This document shows positions 38,660 to 46,869 of a stretch of 64,000 nt of DNA, one piece after another; position 1 is the stretch's first letter, and each line of letters opens with the position of its first letter. The notes beneath the pieces are model-generated. The model saw only the letters and a program-made list of their open reading frames with translations, was not told where the DNA came from and did not search any database. The DNA is taken from assembly GCA_965216875.1 (NCBI GenBank), contig OZ244207.1, forward strand, positions 256,001-320,000, in the 5' to 3' direction. The stretch comes from Rubripirellula sp. Lineage in GTDB: Bacteria > Planctomycetota > Planctomycetia > Pirellulales > Pirellulaceae. Made by a program: the position numbers and the translations under genes.

Positions 38660-39553
38660 ATGTTGCTCGCTTCGACCATCAGCCTGGGTGCCGAGACGCC
38701 TCTGTTCTCCTTCGAATCAGGCGTCGCCTTGTTGGCCCTGACGGCGATGGAGATTGTGCTCGGGATCGACAACATCGTGTTCATCGCGATCATCACCGGA
38801 CGATTGCCCGAGGAGAAACGGTCCTTCGCACGACGGTTTGGGTTGGTGCTCGCGATGGTCATGCGGATCTTGTTGTTGTTCGCGATTGGCGCTCTGGCAA
38901 CCTTGACCGAACCGCTCTTTCACGTCGCTGACCTGATCCCGATTGAATCGATCGCCAACGAGCTTCGCGCCGATGAAGAGATCAGCGGTGTTTCGGGCCG
39001 CGACCTCATCTTATTGCTAGGCGGCCTTTTCCTACTTTGGACCGCCGTCCGTGAGATTCATCACAAGATCGAAGGCGACGCCGAAGAGGCTGAGATTGGA
39101 AACCTGCCAGGCGACGAAGGCGGCGCGGCCGATGGCATCACCCCCGCATCACAAGCCAAGGAAAAGATCACGGTCAGCGGCGTTCTGTTTCGAATCGCGT
39201 TCATGGACGTGATTTTCTCGCTCGACTCGGTGATCACCGCGGTCGGCATGGCAAGCCATATCGAGATCATGATCGCCGCAGTCGTCATTTCGATTGGCGT
39301 GATGATCACGTTTGCCAATCAGATCAGTGACTTTGTCCAGGATCATCCGACCGTCAAAATGTTGGCTCTCTCGTTCTTGATCCTGATCGCCGTCGTCCTG
39401 GTCAGTGAAGGTGCTGGGACGCCGATCAACAAAGGCTATGTGTACTTTGCGATGGCCTTTTCGCTGATGGTCGAGTTCTTGAACCTGCGCGTGAGCATGA
39501 AGCGCGTTCGACCCAGTCGTGGTGAAGGCGAAACGGGAACGATTCGGACGTAA
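38660..39553 (+). CDS. TerC family membrane protein
   Basis: MEIVLGIDNIVFI, GRDLILLLGGLFL, MDVIFSLDSVITAVG, KGYVYFAMAFS. Confidence 0.95.
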   Translation: MLLASTISLGAETPLFSFESGVALLALTAMEIVLGIDNIVFIAIITGRLPEEKRSFARRFGLVLAMVMRILLLFAIGALATLTEPLFHVADLIPIESIANELRADEEISGVSGRDLILLLGGLFLLWTAVREIHHKIEGDAEEAEIGNLPGDEGGAADGITPASQAKEKITVSGVLFRIAFMDVIFSLDSVITAVGMASHIEIMIAAVVISIGVMITFANQISDFVQDHPTVKMLALSFLILIAVVLVSEGAGTPINKGYVYFAMAFSLMVEFLNLRVSMKRVRPSRGEGETGTIRT

Positions 39554-39747
39554 TCGGGGGCCTGCTCGCGATTTGGCGTCAGAAGAGTGGCAACAAAAAA
39601 CACAAGATGACACGAAGAGGCTGCTGTCAGGGGAAGATAGAATAGGGGCTTGTGCCGCTCGTCGAAGGTTGGGCTTCCCACCCTTTGGCGAAGCGAGCTG
39701 CGAAGATGTTTAGCGACCCGAAACATTCCTAGTGACCTGCAGGTGAG

Positions 39748-40713
39748 ATGGCTTCTACGACCGCCGAGACCGTTTCGTCACACGGGGTGACGATTGATGC
39801 CCAGTCACATCAGAAGCTGCATGCGATGAGCCATGCGTCGCTGGTTCGCGGCGTGGTCTTTGTCGTGCTCTATTTCGCGAGCGTCGGCGGTGTTCTCACG
39901 ATCCTATCCACGCAGGAAGGCGTCTGGCGTTGGGGCCCAATGCGTTGGGGCTGCTGCGTTCCGCTCTACTTGATTGCTGCAGCCTCACTTCACGGGGTGA
40001 GTTTATTCACGCACGAAGCTGTTCACGGCGTGCTCAGCCGCATCCGGATCGTCAATCGATGGATGGGTATGATCTGCGCGATGCCAGTACTGCAGAACTT
40101 TTCAGCCTACAAAGTCTTGCATCTGAGGCATCACAAACACCTCGGCCAGGATGGCGATCCCGATCACTACGACAACTACAGTCGTTGGACATGGTTGGTC
40201 TTTTCGATGCACTGGGTGCGGTTGTTGGTCGGCTATCCGATCTATATCGTCATGATTCCGATCCTCGGGTATCGGCAGGCCAACCCAGCCGATCGGCGTT
40301 GGATACTGTTCGAAGTCGCGTTGCTGGCTTGTGCGGTCACGCTCATTCTCTCTTCGCCCGTTTCTTGGTGGACGCTTTGGCATGCGTGGGCCGTGCCGAT
40401 GTTGATCATCAACACGTTTGTGAACATTCGAGGGATGAGCCAGCACACATTTCTTGAGCTTCCAGAGGATCCCGTTCAGGGGACACGGTCAATACTGACC
40501 AACCCGGTCACCGAGTTTTTCATGTGCAATGAAAACTACCACCTCGAGCATCATCTCTTTCCGCGTGTGCCGTGGTACCACTTGAAGGGGCTGCATGCCG
40601 AAATCAAAGATCAACTCACCGAACGCCGCGCCCCCTTCGTCGCGTCTTACTTCGAGTTTGTACGTGAATTCGTTCGGAAAAGCTGGGCTCGAAGTCCGCT
40701 AGGCCGAGGCTAA
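39748..40713 (+). CDS. Membrane fatty acid desaturase family protein
   Basis: Three His boxes HEAVH, HLRHHKH and YHLEHH, then FPRVPWYHL. TM segments present. Confidence 0.92.
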   Translation: MASTTAETVSSHGVTIDAQSHQKLHAMSHASLVRGVVFVVLYFASVGGVLTILSTQEGVWRWGPMRWGCCVPLYLIAAASLHGVSLFTHEAVHGVLSRIRIVNRWMGMICAMPVLQNFSAYKVLHLRHHKHLGQDGDPDHYDNYSRWTWLVFSMHWVRLLVGYPIYIVMIPILGYRQANPADRRWILFEVALLACAVTLILSSPVSWWTLWHAWAVPMLIINTFVNIRGMSQHTFLELPEDPVQGTRSILTNPVTEFFMCNENYHLEHHLFPRVPWYHLKGLHAEIKDQLTERRAPFVASYFEFVREFVRKSWARSPLGRG

Positions 40714-40716
40714 CGC

Positions 40717-41595
40717 GTGCTGGCGGAAAGACCATCGACAACCCACAGCAGTACGCTGATGCGGCACGAGGTTCTGCTCATGCTGATGGGCCTTGGCACT
40801 CTTGTCGCCTTGCTTGTGGGGACAGAAAACTCCCATCGGGTCTGCGCCGAGGTGTTTCTTGCAACGGCCATCTACGCAGGCCTTGGTCTCCTACTGGGAC
40901 GCCTCCGTTCCGGCCACACCGTCAAGCTACGCTTGTCGCTCGGATATTTCTATGTCCTTTGGTACTTCTTGTCAGTCGCTCGGTTTGTCGAGGCGTTGGA
41001 GCTGACAACCTTTGACACGACCTTGCTCGCCATCGACCAAAAGTTCCTTGGCGATACGCCCGCAGTCACGCTCGATCGTTGGGTCTCGCCCGCAGCGACC
41101 GAAGTCATGAGTGGCTTGTATCTGTCGTATCTCGTTTATTTGCACGTTGCGATCGTGCACGCGTTGGTTATGCCGGTCGAGACGAGCCGCAAGTTTGCGA
41201 CCTGGTTGTTTAGCGCGTATGCGATCAGTATGCCCTGCTATTTGCTCGTCCCCGCGGTTGGTCCCAAGCTTGCCTTTGCTGATCTGTTTGCCAGCGACTT
41301 GGTCGGAGGCTTTCTCTCTCGCTGGAATCGTCGGATCGTCGAGCCGGCCGGTGCAAAGTACGATGTCTTTCCCAGTCTACACGTGTTGATCACTTTGACG
41401 CTGTTGACCTTCGACTACCGTTTCTGTCGCATTCGGTTTTACGTGATGTCGGTTGTCGCCATCGGGATTTTTGCATCAACGCTTTATTTGCGTTACCACT
41501 ATCTTGTCGATCTTGTCGCTGGGATTGGTTTCTACTTCGTGGCGCTGGTTCTCTTTTGGGAAAGGAAAGAATTGGATGTGGCTACCGACACCTGA
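40717..41595 (+). CDS. PAP2-superfamily membrane protein, AUR1/inositol-phosphorylceramide-synthase-like
   Basis: YLLVPAVGP, DVFPSLH, STLYLRYHYLVD, matching the AUR1-type FPSLH and HYxxD motifs. Confidence 0.82.
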   Translation: MLAERPSTTHSSTLMRHEVLLMLMGLGTLVALLVGTENSHRVCAEVFLATAIYAGLGLLLGRLRSGHTVKLRLSLGYFYVLWYFLSVARFVEALELTTFDTTLLAIDQKFLGDTPAVTLDRWVSPAATEVMSGLYLSYLVYLHVAIVHALVMPVETSRKFATWLFSAYAISMPCYLLVPAVGPKLAFADLFASDLVGGFLSRWNRRIVEPAGAKYDVFPSLHVLITLTLLTFDYRFCRIRFYVMSVVAIGIFASTLYLRYHYLVDLVAGIGFYFVALVLFWERKELDVATDT

Positions 41596-42688
41596 ATCGG
41601 AAGAGGGTGAGCAAGCGGATTGGGGTGAGTCGGCGGCCAAGCTTCCGTTGGCGTTTGCACAGGTGCGCGAAGATCCTGAGGTCGACTTGCAGATCCTCGA
41701 TCGCCTTGAGTCTCCCAAGCGAGCGTTGATGATTGCATCCGGCGGTGAAACGGCGGCCGTACTCGCCACCCGGTCGCTTGAACAGATTCATTTGGTCGAC
41801 GTGAATCCAGCTCAAGTCGCGCTGACCTTCTACAAGCTGTTCTTGCTTGAAACACATAGCGCGGCCGAAAGATTGGCGCTGCTGGGGCATGCCGACTGCG
41901 ACCCCGAGCAACGTCAAAACACGCTCGATGGGTATTTGCATTCGATCGAATTGCCGTCCGATTTCTTCGGCCCCGCAGAGACGATTGCGCGGTTTGGTGT
42001 CGACTATTGCGGCCGATACGAATGGCTGTTCGCGCGGATGCGACAACGACTTCGTCCTCACCAGGACGCGTTGCATGAGCTGCTCTGCCTTTCGGATCCA
42101 GAGAAACAGTCAGCGATCGCTGCACCGCGCACAACGCTTGGGCAAGCCATCGATGCGGCGTTCGAAGAAACGATGGAGCTTTCAAAGTTGGTCGAATTGT
42201 TTGGTCCCGACGCAACAGCTAATCGAGTCAAGCCGTTTAGCCAACACTTTGCGGATCAAACCCGTGCGGTACTTCGATCGCAGTCTGCTGCAAACAACCC
42301 GTTCTTGCATGATCTGTTTCTCGGGCGATTTGACTCTTCGCCCTGGGATTGGTTGAAGCTTGACCCACAGGAGATACAACCCGCGTTTTCATGGTCGGTA
42401 TCAACGATGAAGGAGTACCTAGAGTCGGAGGACGATCTCCGATTTGATTTCATCCATTTGTCGAACACGCTCGATTGGATCAGTCCCGAGGAGGCAAAGA
42501 CGGTCCTGAAATTAGCTCACCAGAAACTCACAAGTGGCGGAGCCGTCTTGATTCGTCAACTCAATTCGCAACTCGATATTCGTGCGATCGAAAGCGAGCT
42601 CCGTTGGGATGTTGAACTCTCGACGCAGCTTCATCGTAGAGATAAGAGTTTCTTTTATCGAGAACTCCATGTCGGGTGGAAACATTGA
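41576..42688 (+). CDS. DUF3419 / BtaA-like SAM-dependent 3-amino-3-carboxypropyl transferase
   Basis: AFAQVREDPEVD, MIASGG, VDVNPAQ, GRYE, FDFIHLSNTLDW, DKSFFY. ATG 41576 with AAGGAAAG upstream, overlapping the PAP2 3' end. Confidence 0.82.
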   Translation: MWLPTPESEEGEQADWGESAAKLPLAFAQVREDPEVDLQILDRLESPKRALMIASGGETAAVLATRSLEQIHLVDVNPAQVALTFYKLFLLETHSAAERLALLGHADCDPEQRQNTLDGYLHSIELPSDFFGPAETIARFGVDYCGRYEWLFARMRQRLRPHQDALHELLCLSDPEKQSAIAAPRTTLGQAIDAAFEETMELSKLVELFGPDATANRVKPFSQHFADQTRAVLRSQSAANNPFLHDLFLGRFDSSPWDWLKLDPQEIQPAFSWSVSTMKEYLESEDDLRFDFIHLSNTLDWISPEEAKTVLKLAHQKLTSGGAVLIRQLNSQLDIRAIESELRWDVELSTQLHRRDKSFFYRELHVGWKH

Positions 42689-43632
42689 CCGAGATCATGA
42701 CGCTCGACGAGCAACCGGGGGCGGAGCTTGCCGAGGCGCTCGGCGAATTTGAAAAGCGTTTTCGCTACCCGCTCGGTCAGGGACGCAGTTTTTGGATCAG
42801 TCACGGTAGCGACTACACGCGATTCTTTCGCGCGATCGGCCAGGCACGTTGTTTTGTGGCTCGACGGGGCGACGAGATTGCGGGCGTTGTTTCGGTCGCA
42901 CGCTGTCCCTTGCGTTTGACCTCCGGCGAAGTGATCGAAGCATCCTTCATCGCGGACCTCAAGCTTGCAAAGCCAAGTGATGGTTGGACGTTGGTCCGTC
43001 TGCTGCGCGAAGCCGTTCCCTGGGCACGCGTGACCAATCAGACCCCCGGTTTTTCGGTGGTGATGGGCGGAACCGCCCGAAACCCCACCCAATACACGGG
43101 GCGATTGGGAATCCCCGCGTACGAAAAGTTGGCGGAAATCACGATTCTGCGAATCCCAAGCGACTTGTTGCCGAGTACTCAACCCTGGCAGGCCATCACT
43201 CCGAATGAAGCGGCCGCTCGGCACGTCGAGTTGACGCCAGGACACTTTGCCACACAGGGCGGCAATCACGTTTTGCGCAGTCAAGTGCAACCACACGGGC
43301 TCCTGTTAACAAGCGGAAAGGCCTGCGGGATTCTCGAAGACACAAGGCAATGCAAGAGGTTGTTCCTGGATGACGGGGAAGAACTCGTGTCCGCCCACCT
43401 GTCGAGCTTCGGATTCGAGGACTCCGAGGATGCGATCCAGTTGCTGGCTGTGGCGTCCGCAGTCTGCCGCGAACACGGCATACCCGCCTTCTTCGTTTCC
43501 GTGCCTAGCGTGAGTTGCAACGAGATCCTCGGAAAGCTCCGACAAGCTGACATCATGATCGCGCCGGCAACGGTTTACGGTTTTGGACTCGCACCCGATC
43601 AAAGATGGTCCGTCAATACAGCAGAGGTTTAG
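42676..43632 (+). CDS. GNAT-like acyltransferase (tandem-fold, hypothetical)
   Basis: DYTRFF, CFVARRGDEIAGVVS, FIADLK, FSVVMGG. Overlaps the DUF3419 stop. Confidence 0.6.
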   Translation: METLTEIMTLDEQPGAELAEALGEFEKRFRYPLGQGRSFWISHGSDYTRFFRAIGQARCFVARRGDEIAGVVSVARCPLRLTSGEVIEASFIADLKLAKPSDGWTLVRLLREAVPWARVTNQTPGFSVVMGGTARNPTQYTGRLGIPAYEKLAEITILRIPSDLLPSTQPWQAITPNEAAARHVELTPGHFATQGGNHVLRSQVQPHGLLLTSGKACGILEDTRQCKRLFLDDGEELVSAHLSSFGFEDSEDAIQLLAVASAVCREHGIPAFFVSVPSVSCNEILGKLRQADIMIAPATVYGFGLAPDQRWSVNTAEV

Positions 43633-43637
43633 CAAGA

Positions 43638-44324
43638 ATGATTGACCAAGACATGGAACGGAAAACAAGTCGCGTGGCTGCCGCGGCGACGGACATCGTG
43701 CAGCAAAGCGATATTTTGAAAAATCAGTATTTCGCCAAGCTTGCCAATGGCGAGATGACGCGAGATGAGTTTATTCGCAGTCAACGTCAGTTCTATTTTG
43801 CCGTGGAGTTTTTCTCACGCCCGATGTCGGCGCTTCTGATGCGGGTTCCTTCGGGCCCTCAGCGACTCGGCATCCTCGAGAACGTGGTCGAAGAGCATGG
43901 CAACTTTGATCGCAAGGCGTTTCATGAGGCGACGTTCCGTCAATTCCTCGGTGCATTGGGCGATAGCGAACCGATTGATCGAGATGAAGTCGAGCCAGCC
44001 GCACACGCATTCAACTCCGCGATCATGGCAGCATGCCTGTCCGATAGTTTGCGCGTTGGCATCGGTTGTCTCGGGATCATCGAATTAGCCTTCGCCGACA
44101 TCTCCGCATTGATCGGTAACGCTGTCGTTGGGCGAGGGTGGTTAACCGAAGACGCGCTCGTGCACTACACGCTGCATGCGGAGTTGGACAAAAAGCACGC
44201 GGCCGATTTCTTTGAACTAGTGGAAGCTGACTGGAACGAACCAGAGCATGTCGCCGAAATCGAACGAGGACTGCGGCTCGGCGTGTACGTCTTCGACCGC
44301 CTCTACAAAGACCTTCTTAGCTGA
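43638..44324 (+). CDS. Haem-oxygenase-like diiron enzyme (CADD/PqqC/TenA superfamily)
   Basis: QFYFAVEFF, ENVVEEHG...FHE, IIE and HAELDKKH give an E-H-E-H-D-H ligand set. It starts 5 nt after the upstream stop. Confidence 0.85.
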   Translation: MIDQDMERKTSRVAAAATDIVQQSDILKNQYFAKLANGEMTRDEFIRSQRQFYFAVEFFSRPMSALLMRVPSGPQRLGILENVVEEHGNFDRKAFHEATFRQFLGALGDSEPIDRDEVEPAAHAFNSAIMAACLSDSLRVGIGCLGIIELAFADISALIGNAVVGRGWLTEDALVHYTLHAELDKKHAADFFELVEADWNEPEHVAEIERGLRLGVYVFDRLYKDLLS

Positions 44325-44351
44325 ATCGGTTTCGGGGAGTTGCGATCGAAA

Positions 44352-44757
44352 AGGGACAGAAAGATGAAGGACAGAAAAATGGGGTGAGGGAACGGGAGGT
44401 TTGAGAGAGGCAAAAAGATGGTGGGCAGAAAAATGAAGAGTGGGTTGATGGATTGGTGAAGTTGGGGTTGAAGAGGGACAGAGAGATGAAGGGCAGAATA
44501 ATGGGGTGAGGGATCGGGAGGTTTGAGAGAGGCAAAAAGATGGTGGGCAGAAAAACGAAGAGTGGGTTGATGGATTGGTGAAGTTGGGGTTGAAGAGGGA
44601 CAGAGAGATGAAGGGCAGAATAATGGGGTGAGGGGACGGGAGGTTTGAGGGGAGGCAAAAAGATTGTGGGCAGAAAAATGAAGAGTGAGCTGATTGATTG
44701 GTGAGGTTGGGGTTGAAGAGGGACAGAAAGATGGAGGACAGAAAATGGGGTGAGGGA
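44352..44757 (+). repeat. Purine-rich tandem array, ~122-bp unit, ~3.3 copies
   Basis: Unit starts (agggacaga) at 44352, 44474, 44596 and 44719. Confidence 0.92.
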
Positions 44758-44909
44758 TGGTGCTCGATGGACGGAAAACAGATGACGGATTAGTGAGCGG
44801 ACGAGCAAAGCGATTGATCGGTTGGAGAAGCCGGCAGGGGCATTGATCTCAGCACCGCTCCTTGATGCTCCCAATCGTCAAGGAATTTGCCACTCTCAAT
44901 CTCGCACGT

Positions 44910-45186
44910 CCCCTCACTCCATTTTTCTGTCTCATCTCCCCGCCCCTCACTCCTCGATTCCCGTCCCACATTTTTTTTTGCCCCCCATCTTTTTGCCTCT
45001 CTCCAATCTCTCCCACCAGCCACCCCATTTTTCTGTCCTCCATCTTTCTGTCCCATCTCCCCGCCCCTCACTCCTCGATTCTCGTCCCGCAATATTTTTG
45101 CCCCCATCTTTTTGCCTCTCTCCAATCTCCCCCACCAGCCACTCCATTTTTCTGTCCTTCAATCTTTCTGTCTCATCTCTCCCCGC
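44910..45186 (-). repeat. Pyrimidine-rich tandem array, ~121-bp unit, ~2.2 copies, carrying the left array's motifs in inverted orientation
   Basis: catctc..ccgc recurs at 44933, 45054 and 45174. 45021-45054 is the reverse complement of 44720-44752 apart from one A. Confidence 0.9.
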
Positions 45187-45300
45187 AATTCCCCACCTCA
45201 GCTCGTTGGCAAACTGGGCGATGGATGACTAAATTGTGTCTTCCTGCCTGCCGGAATATGAACTTCGGCGCCCCGCCCCACCACCACAGCGAGTCCATTG

Positions 45301-46767
45301 ATGACGAAGAATGAACCGAGCCGTCGTAGCTTTATCAAGACGACGGCGACGGCCGTCGGTGCTGCAACCCTGACGAAAACGGCGGCTTCTGCCGCTCCCT
45401 CTCCAGCAAGCAAGCTGCGAATTGGCTTCATCGGTCCTGGCGGCCGAGGATTCGGTGCTCACGTCAAACGGCTGACCAAGCTGCAGGTTGAAGGCGAACC
45501 GATCGAACTGGTTGCCGTTTGTGATGTCTACAACGAACACCGCGACCGCGCCGCGAAACACATCGAAAAAGAAACTGGCGTTGCGCCGAGCAAGTACGAA
45601 GACTACTTGGACATGATTGCCAAGGAAGATCTCGACGCCGTTTGCATTGGGACGCCCGATCATTGGCATGCCAAACAAACGATCGATGCACTCAATGCCG
45701 GTTTGCACGTCTATTGCGAAAAGCCGATGACCAAGACGGTCGAAGAAGCGATCCGCGTCATGAAGACGTGGCGTGATAGCGGCAAAGTGATGCAGGTCGG
45801 TGTGCAATCGACAAGTTTGCCCGTTTGGAACCAGGTCAACGAGATTTTGTGTTCAGGAAAACTTGGCAAGGTATTGATGTACCAAACCGAGTTCTTCCGC
45901 AATTCGGCGCAGGGCCAGTGGCGCTATTACAAGCTAGAACCACAGATGACGCCCAAGAACATCAACTGGCGCAAGTGGCTTGGTGTTGATGAGGGACTGG
46001 CAGAGTACGAAGATTTTGACCGTGCAAAGTACAAACAATGGCGCCGCTTCTGGCCTTATGGATCGGGGATGTTCACCGACCTGTTTGTGCACCGAACGAC
46101 CACGATGTTGAAAGGGACGGGATTGCGATTCCCGGGGCGTGTCGTGGGCGCCGGCGGCATCTTCTTAGAGTATGACGGGCGCGATGTGCCTGATGTTGCG
46201 ACCGTCGTTGCTGACTTTCCGGAGGGTGTGCAAGGTTTGGTGACGGCGACGATGGCCTGCCAAAACACGCCGATTCGTCAGATGATTCGCGGGCACCACG
46301 GTTCGTTGGTCTTTGGAACTGGCGAGCAGTTTGAAGGGTTTGATTTCGTTGCCGAACGGCCGCAAGTCACTCGTGACAGTAAGCTCAAAGACGAACGTAT
46401 CGAGGTTGGTCAAGTGCCTGACACAACCTACGCGCACTTCAAGAACTGGGTCGACGCGATGGTGGCGAACGATCCATCATTGTGTAACAACGACCCGGCA
46501 CTTGGCGCCGCGGCAATCACGACCGTGATTCTGGGCGCGCGAAGTTATCGAGAAGGGAAAGCATTCTTCTTTGACGACAAGAGCCTTGAAGTCAAAGAAG
46601 CCGACGCGTCGTGGGCCAAGGGATGGGAGCAACGCTCGCACGAACGCGGAAAGCCCAACCACATCGCGGGCTGGAACGCTGGCGACCACGGTAGCGTCTT
46701 GGAAGAACCTGACTACATGAGTCTGGCCGGGCCTTGGAAGGGTGGTCGCCCACCAGAACGCAACTAA
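45301..46767 (+). CDS. Tat-exported Gfo/Idh/MocA family oxidoreductase
   Basis: SRRSFIK twin-arginine signal, GFIGPGGRG, TPDHWH, YCEKP. Confidence 0.93.
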   Translation: MTKNEPSRRSFIKTTATAVGAATLTKTAASAAPSPASKLRIGFIGPGGRGFGAHVKRLTKLQVEGEPIELVAVCDVYNEHRDRAAKHIEKETGVAPSKYEDYLDMIAKEDLDAVCIGTPDHWHAKQTIDALNAGLHVYCEKPMTKTVEEAIRVMKTWRDSGKVMQVGVQSTSLPVWNQVNEILCSGKLGKVLMYQTEFFRNSAQGQWRYYKLEPQMTPKNINWRKWLGVDEGLAEYEDFDRAKYKQWRRFWPYGSGMFTDLFVHRTTTMLKGTGLRFPGRVVGAGGIFLEYDGRDVPDVATVVADFPEGVQGLVTATMACQNTPIRQMIRGHHGSLVFGTGEQFEGFDFVAERPQVTRDSKLKDERIEVGQVPDTTYAHFKNWVDAMVANDPSLCNNDPALGAAAITTVILGARSYREGKAFFFDDKSLEVKEADASWAKGWEQRSHERGKPNHIAGWNAGDHGSVLEEPDYMSLAGPWKGGRPPERN

Positions 46768-46869
46768 TTCCGTTGCGTTCGATAGATGTCTGTTGACGGG
46801 GCACGCCGCCGGTTGCGCGGCGTGTCCTCGATCGAGTTCGTTTGGTCCCTCCGTTTTGGATCGTTTGTC

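Noticed and set aside
43638..44324. Calling the diiron protein pqqC or tenA
   Set aside because: There are no pqq or thiamine-salvage neighbours. The ligand set fits the wider HDO superfamily.
44352..45186. CRISPR array
   Set aside because: The sequences between motifs are repeated copies of each other rather than unique spacers, and no cas genes are in the window.
44317..45314. ORFs 44317-44874(-), 44822-45232(+), 44862-45314(+) and similar
   Set aside because: They are low-complexity translations (FLPTIFLP, FFCPPSFC) of the stop-poor repeat arrays.
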